From Heterodontus francisci (taxonomy: Eukaryota), in assembly GCF_036365525.1 (NCBI RefSeq), contig NC_090407.1, forward strand, positions 18,796,234 through 18,860,233: a stretch of DNA of 64,000 bases, given 5' to 3'. The notes below the pieces were generated by a model. That model made no database searches. It worked only from the letters and a program-made list of their open reading frames with translations, and was not told the DNA's origin. Below, piece by piece: positions 1 through 12,035 of the stretch (positions are counted from its first letter, which is position 1; every line of letters begins with the position of its first letter). The translations under genes and the position numbers were made by a program.

Positions 1-725
1 TAACAAGTTTCTAAGCATCTTCCCTTGACATTCAATGGCATTACCATTGCTGAATCCCTCACTGTCAAACATCCTGGGGGTTACCATTGACCAGAAACTG
101 AACTGGACCAGCCATATAAATACTGCAGCTACAAGAGTAGGTCAGAGACTGGGAATTCTGAGGCAAGTAAATCCCCTCCTGACTCCCCAAAGCGTGTCCA
201 TCATCTACAAGGCACAAATCAGAGGTGTGATGGAATACTCTCCACTTGCCTGGAAGAGTGCAGCTCCAACAACATTCAAGAAACTCAACACAATCCAGGG
301 CAAAGCAGTCTGCTTGATCGGCAACCCATCCACCAACTTAAACATTCACTCCCTCCACCGCCAACGTACAGTGGCAGCAGTGTGTACCATCTACAAGATG
401 CACTGCAGCAATTCACCAAGGTTCCTTCAACAGCACCTTCCAAACACGCGACCTCTACCACCTAGAAGAACAAGGGTAGCAGACACATGGGAACACCACC
501 ATCTGCAAGTTCCCCTCCAAGCCACACACTTTCCTGACTTGGAACAACATCGCCATTCCTTCATTGTCGCTGGGTCAAAATCTTGGAACACCCTACCTAA
601 CAGCACTGTGAGAGTACCCGCACCAGATGAACTGCAGCGGTTCAAGAAAGCGGCTCACCACAACTTTCTCAAGGGCAATTACGGCCTTACCAGCGATACC
701 CACATCACATGAATGAATAAAGAAA
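1..725 (+). mobile_element. 3' part of a CR1-group LINE (RT C-terminus and tail)
   Basis: ORF 35..712 ILGVTIDQKLNWTSHI...YKAQIRGVMEYSPLAW is a typical non-LTR RT thumb region. The same family occurs at 28005-28980 and 42470-46615. Confidence 0.85.
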
Positions 726-1346
726 AAAGGAGATTCCTATGGAGCATAAACACCATCTGTTGGGCCAAATGGCCTATTTCTGTGCTGTAGACTCAGTGCA
801 ATATAAGAGGGGTAGTTCCTATAGTATGCTGATTGCCATCAGGGGGCACTCCAGTATTCCATTACAAATATTCAGCAACAATATACGTCAACACTGACAG
901 CAGCATCTCAGCTTGGCACTGAGTAGATTACCCAGAAGCAGGAACTCTATCTGATTTATTTTTCTCCTCCTATAACCCAGGCCTTAGAGAGTTGTGTAGA
1001 TTTACTAGAGTAGCCTGGGATTGTTCTCCTCTGAGCAGGGAAGGTTAAGGTGAAATTTAATACAGGTGTTCAAAATTATGAAGGGTTTTGACAGAGTAAA
1101 TAAGGATAAGTTATTTCCACTGGCAGAAGGGTCGGTAACCAGATGACACAGATGCAAAATAATTGGAAAAAGAACCAGCTGCAGGGATATGATTCACTCT
1201 GAAACGAGGTCTGTACGAATCAGCTATTCACTGCCCTCACCCAGTGAGCCATTACAGAGTACCCCAGCAATATTGTGTTATTCCTTTCCTGCCGTTCCAC
1301 ACTGCTGCCTCCTGAAAGTACAGTCAGCTGACAAGGCCACACTTAC

Positions 1347-1393
1347 TTCTGAGCCGTTTTCAGCAGTATTTTCTTCCTCTCGGCTAATTTTTC
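1347..1393 (-). CDS. RNF207: RNF207 coding exon 7 (EKLAERKKILLKTAQ); gene continues beyond the left edge
   Basis: ttctag acceptor and AA|gtaagt donor; 47 nt; matches human DRLAERKALLLQAVQS. Confidence 0.9.
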
Positions 1394-3347
1394 CTAGAAA
1401 TATGAAAGAACACTGTTAGGTCTTCAACATGTAAGCACCTTACCTCACTCACCATATAGGATCTCTTGCACACACACTCACAAATGCACACTCACAGTCA
1501 TTCACTCATGCACTCTTACACCAATCCAAGTACGTACTCAGAGTTGCCAGTTTCACAAAGGCCTCTGTCAGAATTGCACCACCCAGTGAGCCAAGGATCC
1601 AATGAACGATTGCACTCTTTTTCTGGAGTGTGGTTTACAGTGGAAAATTAACTGCCTGGATCAAACCTGAGCTGGTGGTTTGCTGAATGGCTGTTTACAC
1701 CAGGCAGCCAATTAGTCCTTTGCTTCTTGCCATCTTATCCTGAACGAACATTACATTTGATGAAACAGAAGCAGCATTTTGCAGGAGAATATTTTTGTGC
1801 CAAAGGTTATTATCCCGCTTTTGCTTTCATCTCATGCCCCAGTCCCCAGACGAGTGAGTGACCTCCTTCCAGCATCCTGCCAGGTGACTGTGTGTCTGGC
1901 TGTTAGTGGGAGAGTCTTTACTCCGGTCAGATCTGGGCACCGCACCTCAGACGGGATATATTGAGCTTGAAGGGGGTGCAGTGCAGATTCAACAGAATGT
2001 TACGCATGGAAGTTATGAAGACATGTTGCATTACTTTGGCTTGTATGACCTTTTCATCAACCTGAAATGTTAACTCTGTTTTGCTCTCCACAAATGCTGC
2101 CAGACCTGCTGAGTTATTTCCAGCACTTTCTGTTTTTATTTCAGATTCCCAGCACCCATAGTATTTTACTTCTGTATTAGTCAGGCTGTGGAAGTTAGTA
2201 ACTCGAAGTCTGGTCATTTTTCACAGATGCTCTTGTTTTAAATAAACAGTCAAGTTTAGAATGGGCCAAAGATCCCAGGGATATCACTTCCTGCCACAGC
2301 TGTGTGATGTTACCATTAATCACTCCAGTTACTTATGTAATCTCTCTTGAGCAAATTAAATTTAACCTTCTCCACCTTCTGGTGTTAATAAAGCTGGCAT
2401 GTAACTCCACTTGCACCCAGTACAGTTGTGTGGACATGACACAGCAATGGTACTGTGAAATCCGACATCCAGCCCTTGCCATTTCCATCAGGGGCCACAG
2501 GATGATTTATCCCTTCCTTAGGCCAGCGGCACTGACGCCAAATGTATTACCTCTTACTGCTGAGCTTCTATTTCTTTATGTGTGTCTGTATAACCAGTTG
2601 TTCCTCTAATCCAGCAGCATGAGAGGCAGACTGTATGTCTGTGAAGCAATGATGGTTTGGATCTGTAGTGTATCTCTGTATTTAGGCACTGCCTCACCGA
2701 GTGCTGGGAAACAAATCCACCTCCCAATTTATCCCACTGTGACTGCAATGACAGCTGAGCGATGAGGAGTACCTGCTGCTTCCCCTTAGGAAGATAGGAA
2801 TTGCTGGATCAAAATAGACCACCTAATTTGCCTTTAACCATCCTGGTTGTCACATGATAGAATGATTATAGAGTTATTGACGAAGCATAGCAATCAATCT
2901 CTATCACTTAGTCTACAACAGATCCAGATATAGTGTGAGGAAAACTCCCAGTGGTGGAAAGCTTTGGGAATCATCGGCCGAAAGTCACTTGTTCCTCAAG
3001 TCATGTCTCAAGTTACTCATACATTGTATCCCAAAATATTATTTTTTGAAAGAAATCTATCTAATTTTCTTTTGAATTAACTGATGGAGGAGCTGGGGAT
3101 GGTATGTTGGGAGAGAGGGTCATTGCTAGGCCTCCCTGCTCCTTCCCCTCCCAGGTGCAGGTTACTAATGGATGCTACCAGCAGGTTGGGAGCAGGTTAC
3201 CCAGTCATGTGTACACTGGTGTTCCTCTCAGGCAGGGAATGGTATCTCGGCTCAAGGTGAGGGACCTGTCCGGGACCCGTGGAGAGGGGTAGGACAAATA
3301 TGCTGACTTCAAGCTACCCAGGGTTTAAAGAAACCAGTTGTGAAAAC

Positions 3348-3860
3348 AACAATTTGCAATTATATAGCACCTTAATGAAGTAAAATGTCCCAAGGTGAAA
3401 AGTGATACTGAGCCACATAAGGAGATATTAGGACAGGTGACCTAAAGCTTGGTTAAAAAGGAAGGTTTTAAGTAGTGACTTAAAAGAGGAGAGAGAGGCT
3501 GCTGAAGGCCTGGGCGCCAATGGTGAACCAATAAAAATTGGGGATGTGCAAGAGGCCAGAGAACTTGGAGGGTTGTACGGCTGGAGGAGATTACAGAGAT
3601 AGGGAAGGAGGAGGCCGTGGAATGATTTGAACACAAGGATGAGAGTTTTAAAATTGAGGCATTGCTAGACTGGGAACCAATGTGTAGGGACCACAAGGGT
3701 GAATGGTGAATGAGATTTGGTGTGAGTTAGGATACTTGCAGCAGAGTTTTGGATGAGCACAGGTTTACAGAGAATGGAAGTTGGATACTGGCCAGGAGAG
3801 CATTGGAATGGTCACGTCTCGGGATAACAATCATGGGTAACGGTTTTAGCAGCAGGTGAC
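3348..3860 (-). mobile_element. L2 3' fragment (others at about 12140-12700, 13435-13860, 31760-32940, 40520-40930, 52425-52750, 56475-56850)
   Basis: FKSFHGL...YLCNLLQPY...FKSLLKTFLFNQA C-terminus and L2 tail (caacaatttgcaattatatagcacc on the plus strand). Confidence 0.8.
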
Positions 3861-3891
3861 AAAAGATCCATCCAAATGTAAAAGTATCCCA

Positions 3892-4208
3892 GGGCGGCAC
3901 AGTGGCGCAGTGGTTAGCACCGCAGCCTCATAGCTCCAGCTACCTGGGTTCAGTTCTGGGTACTGCCTGTGCGGAGTTTGCAAGTTCTCCCTGTGACTGC
4001 GTGGGTTTTCACCGAGTGCTCTGGTTTCCTCCCACAGCCAAAGACCTGCAGGTTGATAAGTAAATTGCCCCGAGTGGTGGTAGGAAAATTGTGGGGATGT
4101 GGTAGGGAATATGGGATTAATGTAGGATTAGTATAAATGGGTGGTTGTTGGTTGGCACAGACTTGGTGGGCTGAAGGGCCTGTTTCAGTGCTGTATCACT
4201 CTATGACC
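3892..4208 (+). mobile_element. HE1-type V-SINE (tRNA head, V domain, CR1-derived tail)
   Basis: GGCGCAGTGGTTAGCACC box A, V domain GGAGTTTGCAAGTTCTCCCTGTG...TTTCCTCCCAC, and tail GAAGGGCCTGTTTCAGTGCTGTAT shared with the CR1 copies. Confidence 0.88.
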
Positions 4209-4276
4209 CTGCCCTCCCTGTCATTGGTTCCTCACACTCACCCCTCTTATTTATTTAATTTGATGTTGTGTATTAC

Positions 4277-4402
4277 CTGCATAATGTTGAACAGTGAGCT
4301 GATGGCCGACTCCTCTTCATTGACATTGACTCTCACCTCATTGATCATGGCCTTCAGGAGGATGATGGCCTCTCGTGTGAACGTCTGAAGCTCCTTCACT
4401 GC
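4277..4402 (-). CDS. RNF207: RNF207 coding exon 6 (coiled coil; AVKELQTFTREAIILLKAMINEVRVNVNEEESAISSLFNIMQ)
   Basis: cactag acceptor and CAG|gtaata donor; 126 nt, phase 0-0; matches human AVKALQTATREAIALLQAMVEEV. Confidence 0.93.
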
Positions 4403-4540
4403 CTAGTGAACAGAATTCACCAAGAGGACCTGAGGATTCATTACCTGGTTGGATCTCTAAAAGAGAGCATCTCCCTTGCCCCCAAACTAAAGCATCTCTT
4501 TCTATACATTACTGTCCATTTTTTTCATTTCATTAGATTT

Positions 4541-4825
4541 GGTGTCAGTCTTGGTTCAGTGGGTAGCATACTTGCCTCTGAGTCAGAAGGTTGTGGGTTT
4601 AGGTTCTGCTCCAGAGACTTCAGCCTAAAAATCTAGGCTGACACTCCTAGTGCAGTAGTGGGGGAGTTCTGGCTAATATTTATCCTTCAACCAACATAAC
4701 AGATGATCTGGTCATTATCACACTGCAGTTTGTGGGATCTTGCAGTCCTCAAATTGTCTGCCGCGTTTTCTATATTACAACAGTAACTACACTTCAAACA
4801 TACTTCATTAGCTGTAAAATACTGG
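4541..4825 (+). mobile_element. SacSINE1-like DeuSINE with internal deletion
   Basis: Head and 3' part present; most of the Deu domain is missing. Confidence 0.72.
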
Positions 4826-5388
4826 GGAGTGGCCAGGGCCTAAGGTACAACATTAACCCAGCAAGAAAAGAAAAGGAGGGGAAGGAATAAAAGGAGAAGC
4901 AGGTTATAATTTGTACAGAGGTTGATGTGTAAAAGAGAAGCAATTACTATCTGCCTATATTCTTATAAAGGGATGGCCATGAGAAATTATTTTTCACTGT
5001 CGGAACACATTCTTAAAGCGAGGATCCAACTTAATTAGCAGTAAAATGGTGTTGAAATTTACAGCAGTGTGAGGTTTCATGCCTGATATTTTTCACTCTT
5101 TAAATTAACATTTAAGGATCCCCTCATAATCTGCAAACTGCTGCCCTCCTCCGGGGATAGGGCCAGTAAGAAACCATTAAATAAATGCCTTAACGTGTGT
5201 TACCAAGGAAAGGAAGCATTAGGCAGAAGGAGATGGAAATACGGCCCTGAGTCCTGTCACTGCCTCAGTCCCACGAAGGGGACCTGCCACAGGCCGAGCA
5301 TCCACAGCATTGTATCATGAAGCCGCTAAGTTTAATTCTTGCTGTAGTTGATGCTGTTATTTACTAACTTCCTTTTGAGGTTTATACC

Positions 5389-5716
5389 TAGGGTTGCCAA
5401 CTCTGGTTGGATGTATTCCTTCATAACATGACCTCCTGCTGCCAATGACCCAGCCCCACTCTCACACCATTGGTCATCCAACATGTCTATCATCGCAGTG
5501 CCATGCCTTCCTAGACCAATAGGAAAGTGAATGGACTCTTTATTACCCGATTGGTCGATTCTTGACTGTCAGTCAAACAACTTTCCCCTCCCACCATCTC
5601 CAATTTTAAAAATAATTTATAATTTTTCTTCCACTGTTGCTTGCAGCAGCAATGTTCAGGAGATTAGCCGTTAATTCCAGGAGACTCCAGGCAATCCTAG
5701 AGGGTTGGCAACTTTA
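5389..5716. mobile_element. MITE with TAGGGTTGCCAAC termini (hAT/Tip100-like)
   Basis: TAGGGTTGCCAACTCT at 5389 and inverted AGGGTTGGCAACTTTA ending at 5716; no coding capacity; TSD not clear. Confidence 0.65.
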
Positions 5717-5763
5717 GTGACACCTCTCTCACTCCCACAGAATGAAGTCTGCAGTCCACATAC

Positions 5764-5839
5764 CATCACAGCCTGGTCCAGTTTCTCGCAGCCTTGCATA
5801 TACGCAGTCTCAATATCGATACAGTGGGCTCGACTTTCA
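5764..5839 (-). CDS. RNF207: RNF207 coding exon 5 (ESRAHCIDIETAYMQGCEKLDQAVM)
   Basis: gctcag acceptor and ATG|gtatgt donor; 76 nt; matches human ESRAHCVDLESAYVQGCERLEQAVL. Confidence 0.93.
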
Positions 5840-6554
5840 CTGAGCATGAGACAAATAGTTACTGTCAGATTGGAACACTCAAGGGAGGCAGCAAGAACAC
5901 CCTTAGTGTAAATTTACTTCAAAAAAATATCCACACCTCCTCCATTGTCACAAACCTGAAACGTTAACTCTATTTCTCTCTCTGCAGATGCTGCCTAGCC
6001 TGTTGAGTGTTTCCCAGCAGTTTCTGTTTTTATTTCAGATTTCCAGCATCCACAGCATTTTGTTTTTGTCCCCCATTACCTCAGTGGGAAAACACTCCGC
6101 TAAGTGCAGGACTGAGCAATCAGTACACAACGGAAAGTCGCCGGGTATGATTCCAGGCATACACTGAGTTTGCTAATCTCAGCCAATGTGAGGTAGCTGT
6201 GGACTCTAGTTGGTCAGATCAGAGAAAATCAACCTGGGTTCTTGCTCCAGATTGCTATCCCTGCTGAAGAAAGCTGGCTGATATTCCCCTCCCTAGACCA
6301 GGAGTCTTGAGGAAAACTGCAGCCTCTTCTAGCATCACCTTGTCTCAGATCAGAGTATGAACTGAACCTGGGCCTTCCTGGTCAGTGAGGCTGAGCAACT
6401 CACTGGCAGGGAGATATTGCTCGTCCTGCTTCAGCAACCAGTAGAAGGATCAAGTTGGTTATTTGTGTTGTGTTGAATGGCCTGTTTCTGTGCTGCAAAT
6501 TCTGTGTGATTCTGTGTAATATGTTGGGCCCTGGCCCACGAGTGCCTGACTCAC

Positions 6555-6636
6555 ACTTGCATGTCCCGAAAGCAGTTGATGCAGAGCATGGACTTCTTCT
6601 CTGTGGAGAACATGATGTAGGGCTCCTCATGAAGAG
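6555..6636 (-). CDS. RNF207: RNF207 coding exon 4 (PLHEEPYIMFSTEKKSMLCINCFRDMQV)
   Basis: ccgcag acceptor and GT|gtgagt donor; 82 nt, phases consistent; matches human LHAEPYLLFSTDKKLLLCIRCFRDMQ. Confidence 0.93.
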
Positions 6637-7266
6637 CTGCGGAGACAAAGATTGAGACCTAAGAACATAAGAAATAGGAGCAGGACTAGGCCGTACAACT
6701 CCTCAAACCTGCTCCGCTGCTCAATATGATAGTGGCTAATCTTCTACCTCAACTCCACTTCCCTGCCCTATCCCCATATTCTTTAGTTCCCTTACTGTCC
6801 AAAATAATATTGATTTTGTCCATCAAAATGTACTTACTGGTGCCATTTGTTGGCCGTTAGCAGCATGGAAGGACCATAGCAGAAGTGGTTGAGCTTCTAC
6901 TTCAATGAGATGGGGGAACAGGAGGCCTCTATCAGAACCAGAGGAAGAGGACAGTGGATGGGGCTGATTAACAACCACTGAGTAAAGCTTGCAGAATCTT
7001 ACATCATAGAAGGAGGCCATTCAGCCCATTGTCCCTGTGCCAACTCTTTAAAAGAACTATCCAATTAGGCTCACTCCCCCTGCCCTTTCCCCTTAGCTTT
7101 GCATATTTTTTCCGCTTCAAGTATTTATGCAATTCCCTTTTGAAAGGTACCACTGAGATCTGATTCCACTATCCTGTCAGACTGTGCATTCCAGATCATT
7201 ACAACTTACTGAGCAAACAAAAATTCATCTTCTCTCTGGTTCTTTTTTGACAATTATTCATGGAAT

Positions 7267-10200
7267 CTCTTCGCACTTTTGCCGTAGGTGGTCAAAGCTG
7301 ACTCATAGATGGCGTCTCTGATGTGGGCCCACTTGGTCTCAGCATCCCCTGTGGGAGTGTTTTGAAGGGCTGTTACAAGTAAATTTAGAAATTTTTGTAA
7401 CAGCTGTGGGTGAGAAATTCTGCTCGTGTTGATGCGCGGGTGGCCCTTCTGCTTGGAATGATGCAACTTCTTTGGTCTGAGTCTAACCTTGCTGCACACC
7501 AGGGAGTGGTCGGTGTCGCAGTCCGCACTGTGGAAGCTGCGTGTGATTTGAACACTGTTTAAGGCGGCTCGCCTTGTGACAATGAGGTCTAGCTGGTGCC
7601 AACGACGTGATCTTGGGTGCCTCCATGAAACCAGGGTTTAGTGTGAAAGAACGAGTTGGTGATGCAGAGGTTATGATAGGTACACAACTCAAGCAGTCTC
7701 TGCCCGTTCTCATTCATCCTTCCAACGCCATAGCGCCCAAGGCAGGAGGGCCATGAGTCATGGTCGGCCCCAACCCTGGCATTAAAGTCCCCCAGCAGGA
7801 ATAGGTGTTCGGTGTTGGGGATGCTGCTAATGATGTTATGGAGTTGCTCGTAGAACTGGTCTTTAGCTTCGGGTGGGGAGCAGAGTGTTGGAGCATAGAT
7901 GCTGAGTAGGTGTACTGGACCAGAGGTGGTGAGCAGTCGGATGGACAGTATGCGTTCCGAGCCATTTGAGGGAGGCTCTATCATGCTGAGCAAGGAGTTT
8001 CTGATGGCGAAGCCCACTCCATGCTGTCTTGGTTCTTCAGGATTCCTGCCATGCCAGAAGGTGTAGTCTTGCTCTGCTAGAGATCCACTCGCGGGGAGGC
8101 GAGTCTCCTGAAGTGCTGCAATGTCTACATTGAGTCTACTGAGCTCGTTGTTAATGATGGCGGTCTTCCGAGAATCGTTGATTTGTGTAAGGTCTTCCGA
8201 CAGGCCAGGACACATAGTTCTGACGTTCCAGCTTGCAAAGCGAAGGGCTGGTACCTTCTTTCCTTTTTTCGTGTTGTTTGGTGCGGTGTTTCAGTCCACC
8301 TTTCGGGCAATGACCCTGAGCTCCAAGCACCCATTGAAGCAGGTAGACTGTGGCGGGACAGAACCTTATTGACCGGGGGCTGCCCGGTTTGAGGCGGGCG
8401 GTAGCTGTCCAGTGAGGTGCAATGACCTCTCCCACCGACAAGGCAACCCGTGGCGCCCAGTTTCTATGCCAATTTATCTGGACTTATAACTCGTAACTGC
8501 TGCCTTCCATGTTGTGTCAGTCGCTGTGAGGCAACTATGGAGTGACCTCTCCATGGCGCATGCCTGGGCAAGTTTATGGAGGTTGAGAGTTGCCCAGTCG
8601 TCAACACCCACCTCTCGGCCTTTCTGGTGGGGTCCAAAGGAGTGCAGGGCACGACGTTTGGCACCAGTATGGCTGCAGGAACTGCCGGAAACATATCAAA
8701 GGTGACACATGACTGCCTACGGGGTTCCGCTCCGGATTATCTGTTGGGGTTTACTCCCTTAGCCTTGGTCTCTCCCGAGACGCTCACAAGGCAGTGGGGT
8801 TGTTGGGGCCCCTACACAGGTGTAGGATGGTCCCGGTGGGAGGAGGGGATGTGAGGGGGAGGGGTAGAGGGAGGGGGTGCGAGGGGGAGCTGGGAAGGGG
8901 GCTGTAAGGGGGTGGGGGGGTGAGCTGAGGGTGGAGCAGGGAAGGGGACGGGGGGGGGGGAAAGGGGGGTGGAGGGGGGGGAAAGCGGGTGCAGGTAATA
9001 AGCCATTTCCTCAGTGCCCCCCGTCGATGTCCGGAAAGCTCATCCACATCCTTCGGGAGGTGAAGCATCTTTTGGCAGACTTAGAGGTGATTACATTCGC
9101 TATGGGTTTTTTTTTGCAGTGGTTTAAATAAAGGCAAAAGTGCGAAGAGAAATGCAGACTGGTTTCAATCTCATAATGAAGAGCTGGAACCTGTCATAGC
9201 CGCTAAGCGCATTGCACTGTTGAACTACAAGAAAGCCCCCAGTGATTTAACATCCGCAGCACTTAAAGCAGCCAGAAGCACTGCACAAAGAACAGCCAGG
9301 CGCTGCACAAACGACTACTGGCAACACCTATGCAGTCATATTCAGCTGGCCTCAGACACCGGAAACATCAGAGGAATGTATGGTGGCATGAAGAGAGCTC
9401 TTGGGCCAACCATCAAGAAGATCGCCCCCCTCAAATCTAAATCAGGGGACATAATCACTGACCAACGCAAACAAATGGACCGCTGGGTTGAGCACTACCT
9501 AGAACTGTACTCCAGGGAGAATGCTGTTACTGAGACTGCCCTCAATGCAGCCCAGCCTCTACCAGTCACGGATGAGCTGGACATACAGCCAACCAAATCG
9601 GAACTCAGTGATGCCATTGATTCTCTAGCCAGCGGAAAAGCCCCTGGGAAGGACAGCATTACCCCTGAAATAATCAAGAGTGCCAAGCCTGCTATACTCT
9701 CAGCACTACATGAACTGCTTTGCCTGTGCTGGGACGAGGGAACAGTACCCCAGGACATGCGCGATGCCAATATCATCACCCTCTATAAAAACAAAGGTGA
9801 CCGCGGTGACTGCAACAACTACTGTGGAATCTCCCTGCTCAGCATAGTGGGGAAAGTCTTTGCTCGAGTCGCGCTGAACAGGCTCCAGAAGCTGGCCGAG
9901 CGCGTCTACCCTGAGGCACAGTGTGGCTTTTGTGCAGAGAGATCAACCGTTGACATGCTGTTCTCCCTTCGTCAGATACAGGAGAAATGCCGTGAACAAC
10001 AGATGCCCCTCTACATTGCTTTCATTAATCTCACCAAAGCCTTTGACCTCGTCAGCAGATGTGGTCTCTTCAGACTACTAGAAAAGATCGGATGTCCACC
10101 AAAGCTACTAAGTATCATCACCTCATTCCATGACAATATGAAAGACACAATTCAACATGGTGGCTCGGCATCAGAGCCCTTTCCTATCCTGAGTGGCGTG

Positions 10201-11395
10201 AAACAGGGCTGTGTTCTCGCACCCACACTTTTTGGGATTTTCTTCTCCCTGCTGCTTTCACATGCGTTCAAGTCCTCTGAAGAAGGAATTTTCCTCCACA
10301 CAAGATCAGGGGGCAGGTTGTTCAACCTTGCCCGTCTAAGAGCGAAGTCCAAAGTACGGAAAGTCCTCATCAGGGAACTCCTCTTTGCTGACGATGCTGC
10401 TTTAACATCTCACACTGAAGAGTGCCTGCAGAGTCTCATTGACAGGTTTGCGGCTGCCTGCAATGAATTTGGCCTAACCATCAGCCTCAAGAAAATGAAC
10501 ATCATGGGGCAGGACGTCAGAAATGCTCCATCCATCAATATTGGCGACCACGCTCTGGAAGTGGTTCAAGAGTTCACCTACCTAGGCTCAACTATCACCA
10601 GTAACCTGTCTCTAGATGCAGAAATCAACAAGCGCATGGGTAAGGCTTCCACTGCTATGTCCAGACTGGCCAAGAGAGTGTGGGAAAATGGCGCACTGAC
10701 ACGGAACACAAAAGTCCGAGTGTATCAGGCCTGTGTCCTCAGTACCTTGCTCTATGGCAGCGAGGCCTGGACAACGTATGCCAGCCAGGAGCGACGTCTC
10801 AATTCATTCCATCTTTGCTGCCTCCGGAGAATACTTGGCATCAGGTGGCAGGACCGTATCTCCAACACAGAAGTCCTCGAGGCGGCCAACATCCACAGCT
10901 TGTACACACTACTGAGTCAGCGGTGATTGAGATGGCTTGGCCATGTGAGCCGCATGGAAGATGGCAGGATCCCCAAAGACACATTGTACAGCGAGCTCGC
11001 CACTGGTATCAGACCCACCGGCTGTCCACGTCTCCGCTTTAAAGACGTCTGCAAACACGACATGAAATCCTGTGACATTGATCACAAGTCGTGGGAGTCA
11101 GTTGCCAGCGTTCGCCAGAGCTGGCGGGCAGCCATAAAGACAGGGCTAAAATGTGGCGAGTCGAAGAGACTTAGTAGTTGGCAGGAAAAAAGACAGAGGC
11201 GCAATGGGAGAGCCAACTGTGCAACAGCCCCAACAAACAAATTTCTCTGCAGCACCTGTGGAAGAGGCCTGTCACTCTAGAATTGGCCTTTGTAGCCACT
11301 CCAGGCGCTGCTTCACAAACCACTGACCACCTCCAGGCGCGTATCCATTGTCTCTCGAGATAAGGAGGCACAAAAGAAAGAAAAGAAAAGAAAGA
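7267..11395. mobile_element. Near-full-length RTE-clade LINE with 5' inversion (APE endonuclease on minus about 7267-8250; RT on plus 9133-11395)
   Basis: APE motifs DIAALQETR, GVGFAI, YAPT and LGDFNARVG (minus). 568-aa RT ORF with GVKQGCVLAPTLF and LFADDAAL, then RWLGHVSRM (RTE signature) and an (AAAG)n-like tail. 11-bp TSD ATTCATGGAAT at 7256-7266 and 11396-11406. Confidence 0.92.
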
Positions 11396-12035
11396 ATTCA
11401 TGGAATACTTGCCTTTATTAGCTGAGGCATAGAATATAAGAGCAAGGAGGTTATGATGGAGCTGTATAAAACGCTAGTTAGGTCACAGCTGGAGTACTGC
11501 GTACAGTTCTGGTCACCACACTATAGGAAGGATGTGATTGCAATGGAGAGGGTGCAGAGGAGATTCACCAGGATGTTGCCTCGGCTGGAGCATTTCAGCT
11601 ATGAAGAGAGACTGAAAAGTTTAGGGTTGTTTTCCTTGGAGCAGAGAAGGCGGAGATGGGACATGACTGAGGTGTACAAGATTATGAGGGGCATTGATAG
11701 GATAGATAGGAAGAAATTTTTTCTCTTAGTGGAGGGGTCAAGAACCAGGGGGCATAGATTTAGGGTAAGGGGCAGGAGGTTTAGGGGGGTTTTGAGGAAA
11801 AATGTTTTCACCCAGAGGATGGTTGGAATCTGGAACGCACTGCCTGAAGAGGTGGTGGAGGCAGGAACCCTCACAACATTTAAAAAGTATTTAGATGAGT
11901 ACTTGAAATGCCATAGCATACAAGGCTATGGGCCAAGTGCAGGAATATGGGATTAGAATAGTTGGGTGCTTGATGGCCGGCACAGACACGATGGGTCGAA
12001 GGGCTTGTTTCTGTGCTGTATAACTCTATGACTCC
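11396..12035 (+). mobile_element. CR1 (HER1-like) LINE 3' fragment
   Basis: ORF LYKTLVRSQLEYCVQFWSPHYRKD...FTQRMVGIWNALP and tail GAAGGGCTTGTTTCTGTGCTGTATAACTCTATGACTC. Confidence 0.88.

Noticed and set aside
3892-3965. tRNA genes at SINE heads
   Set aside because: Box A/B are present but continue into SINE bodies, with no complete cloverleaf.
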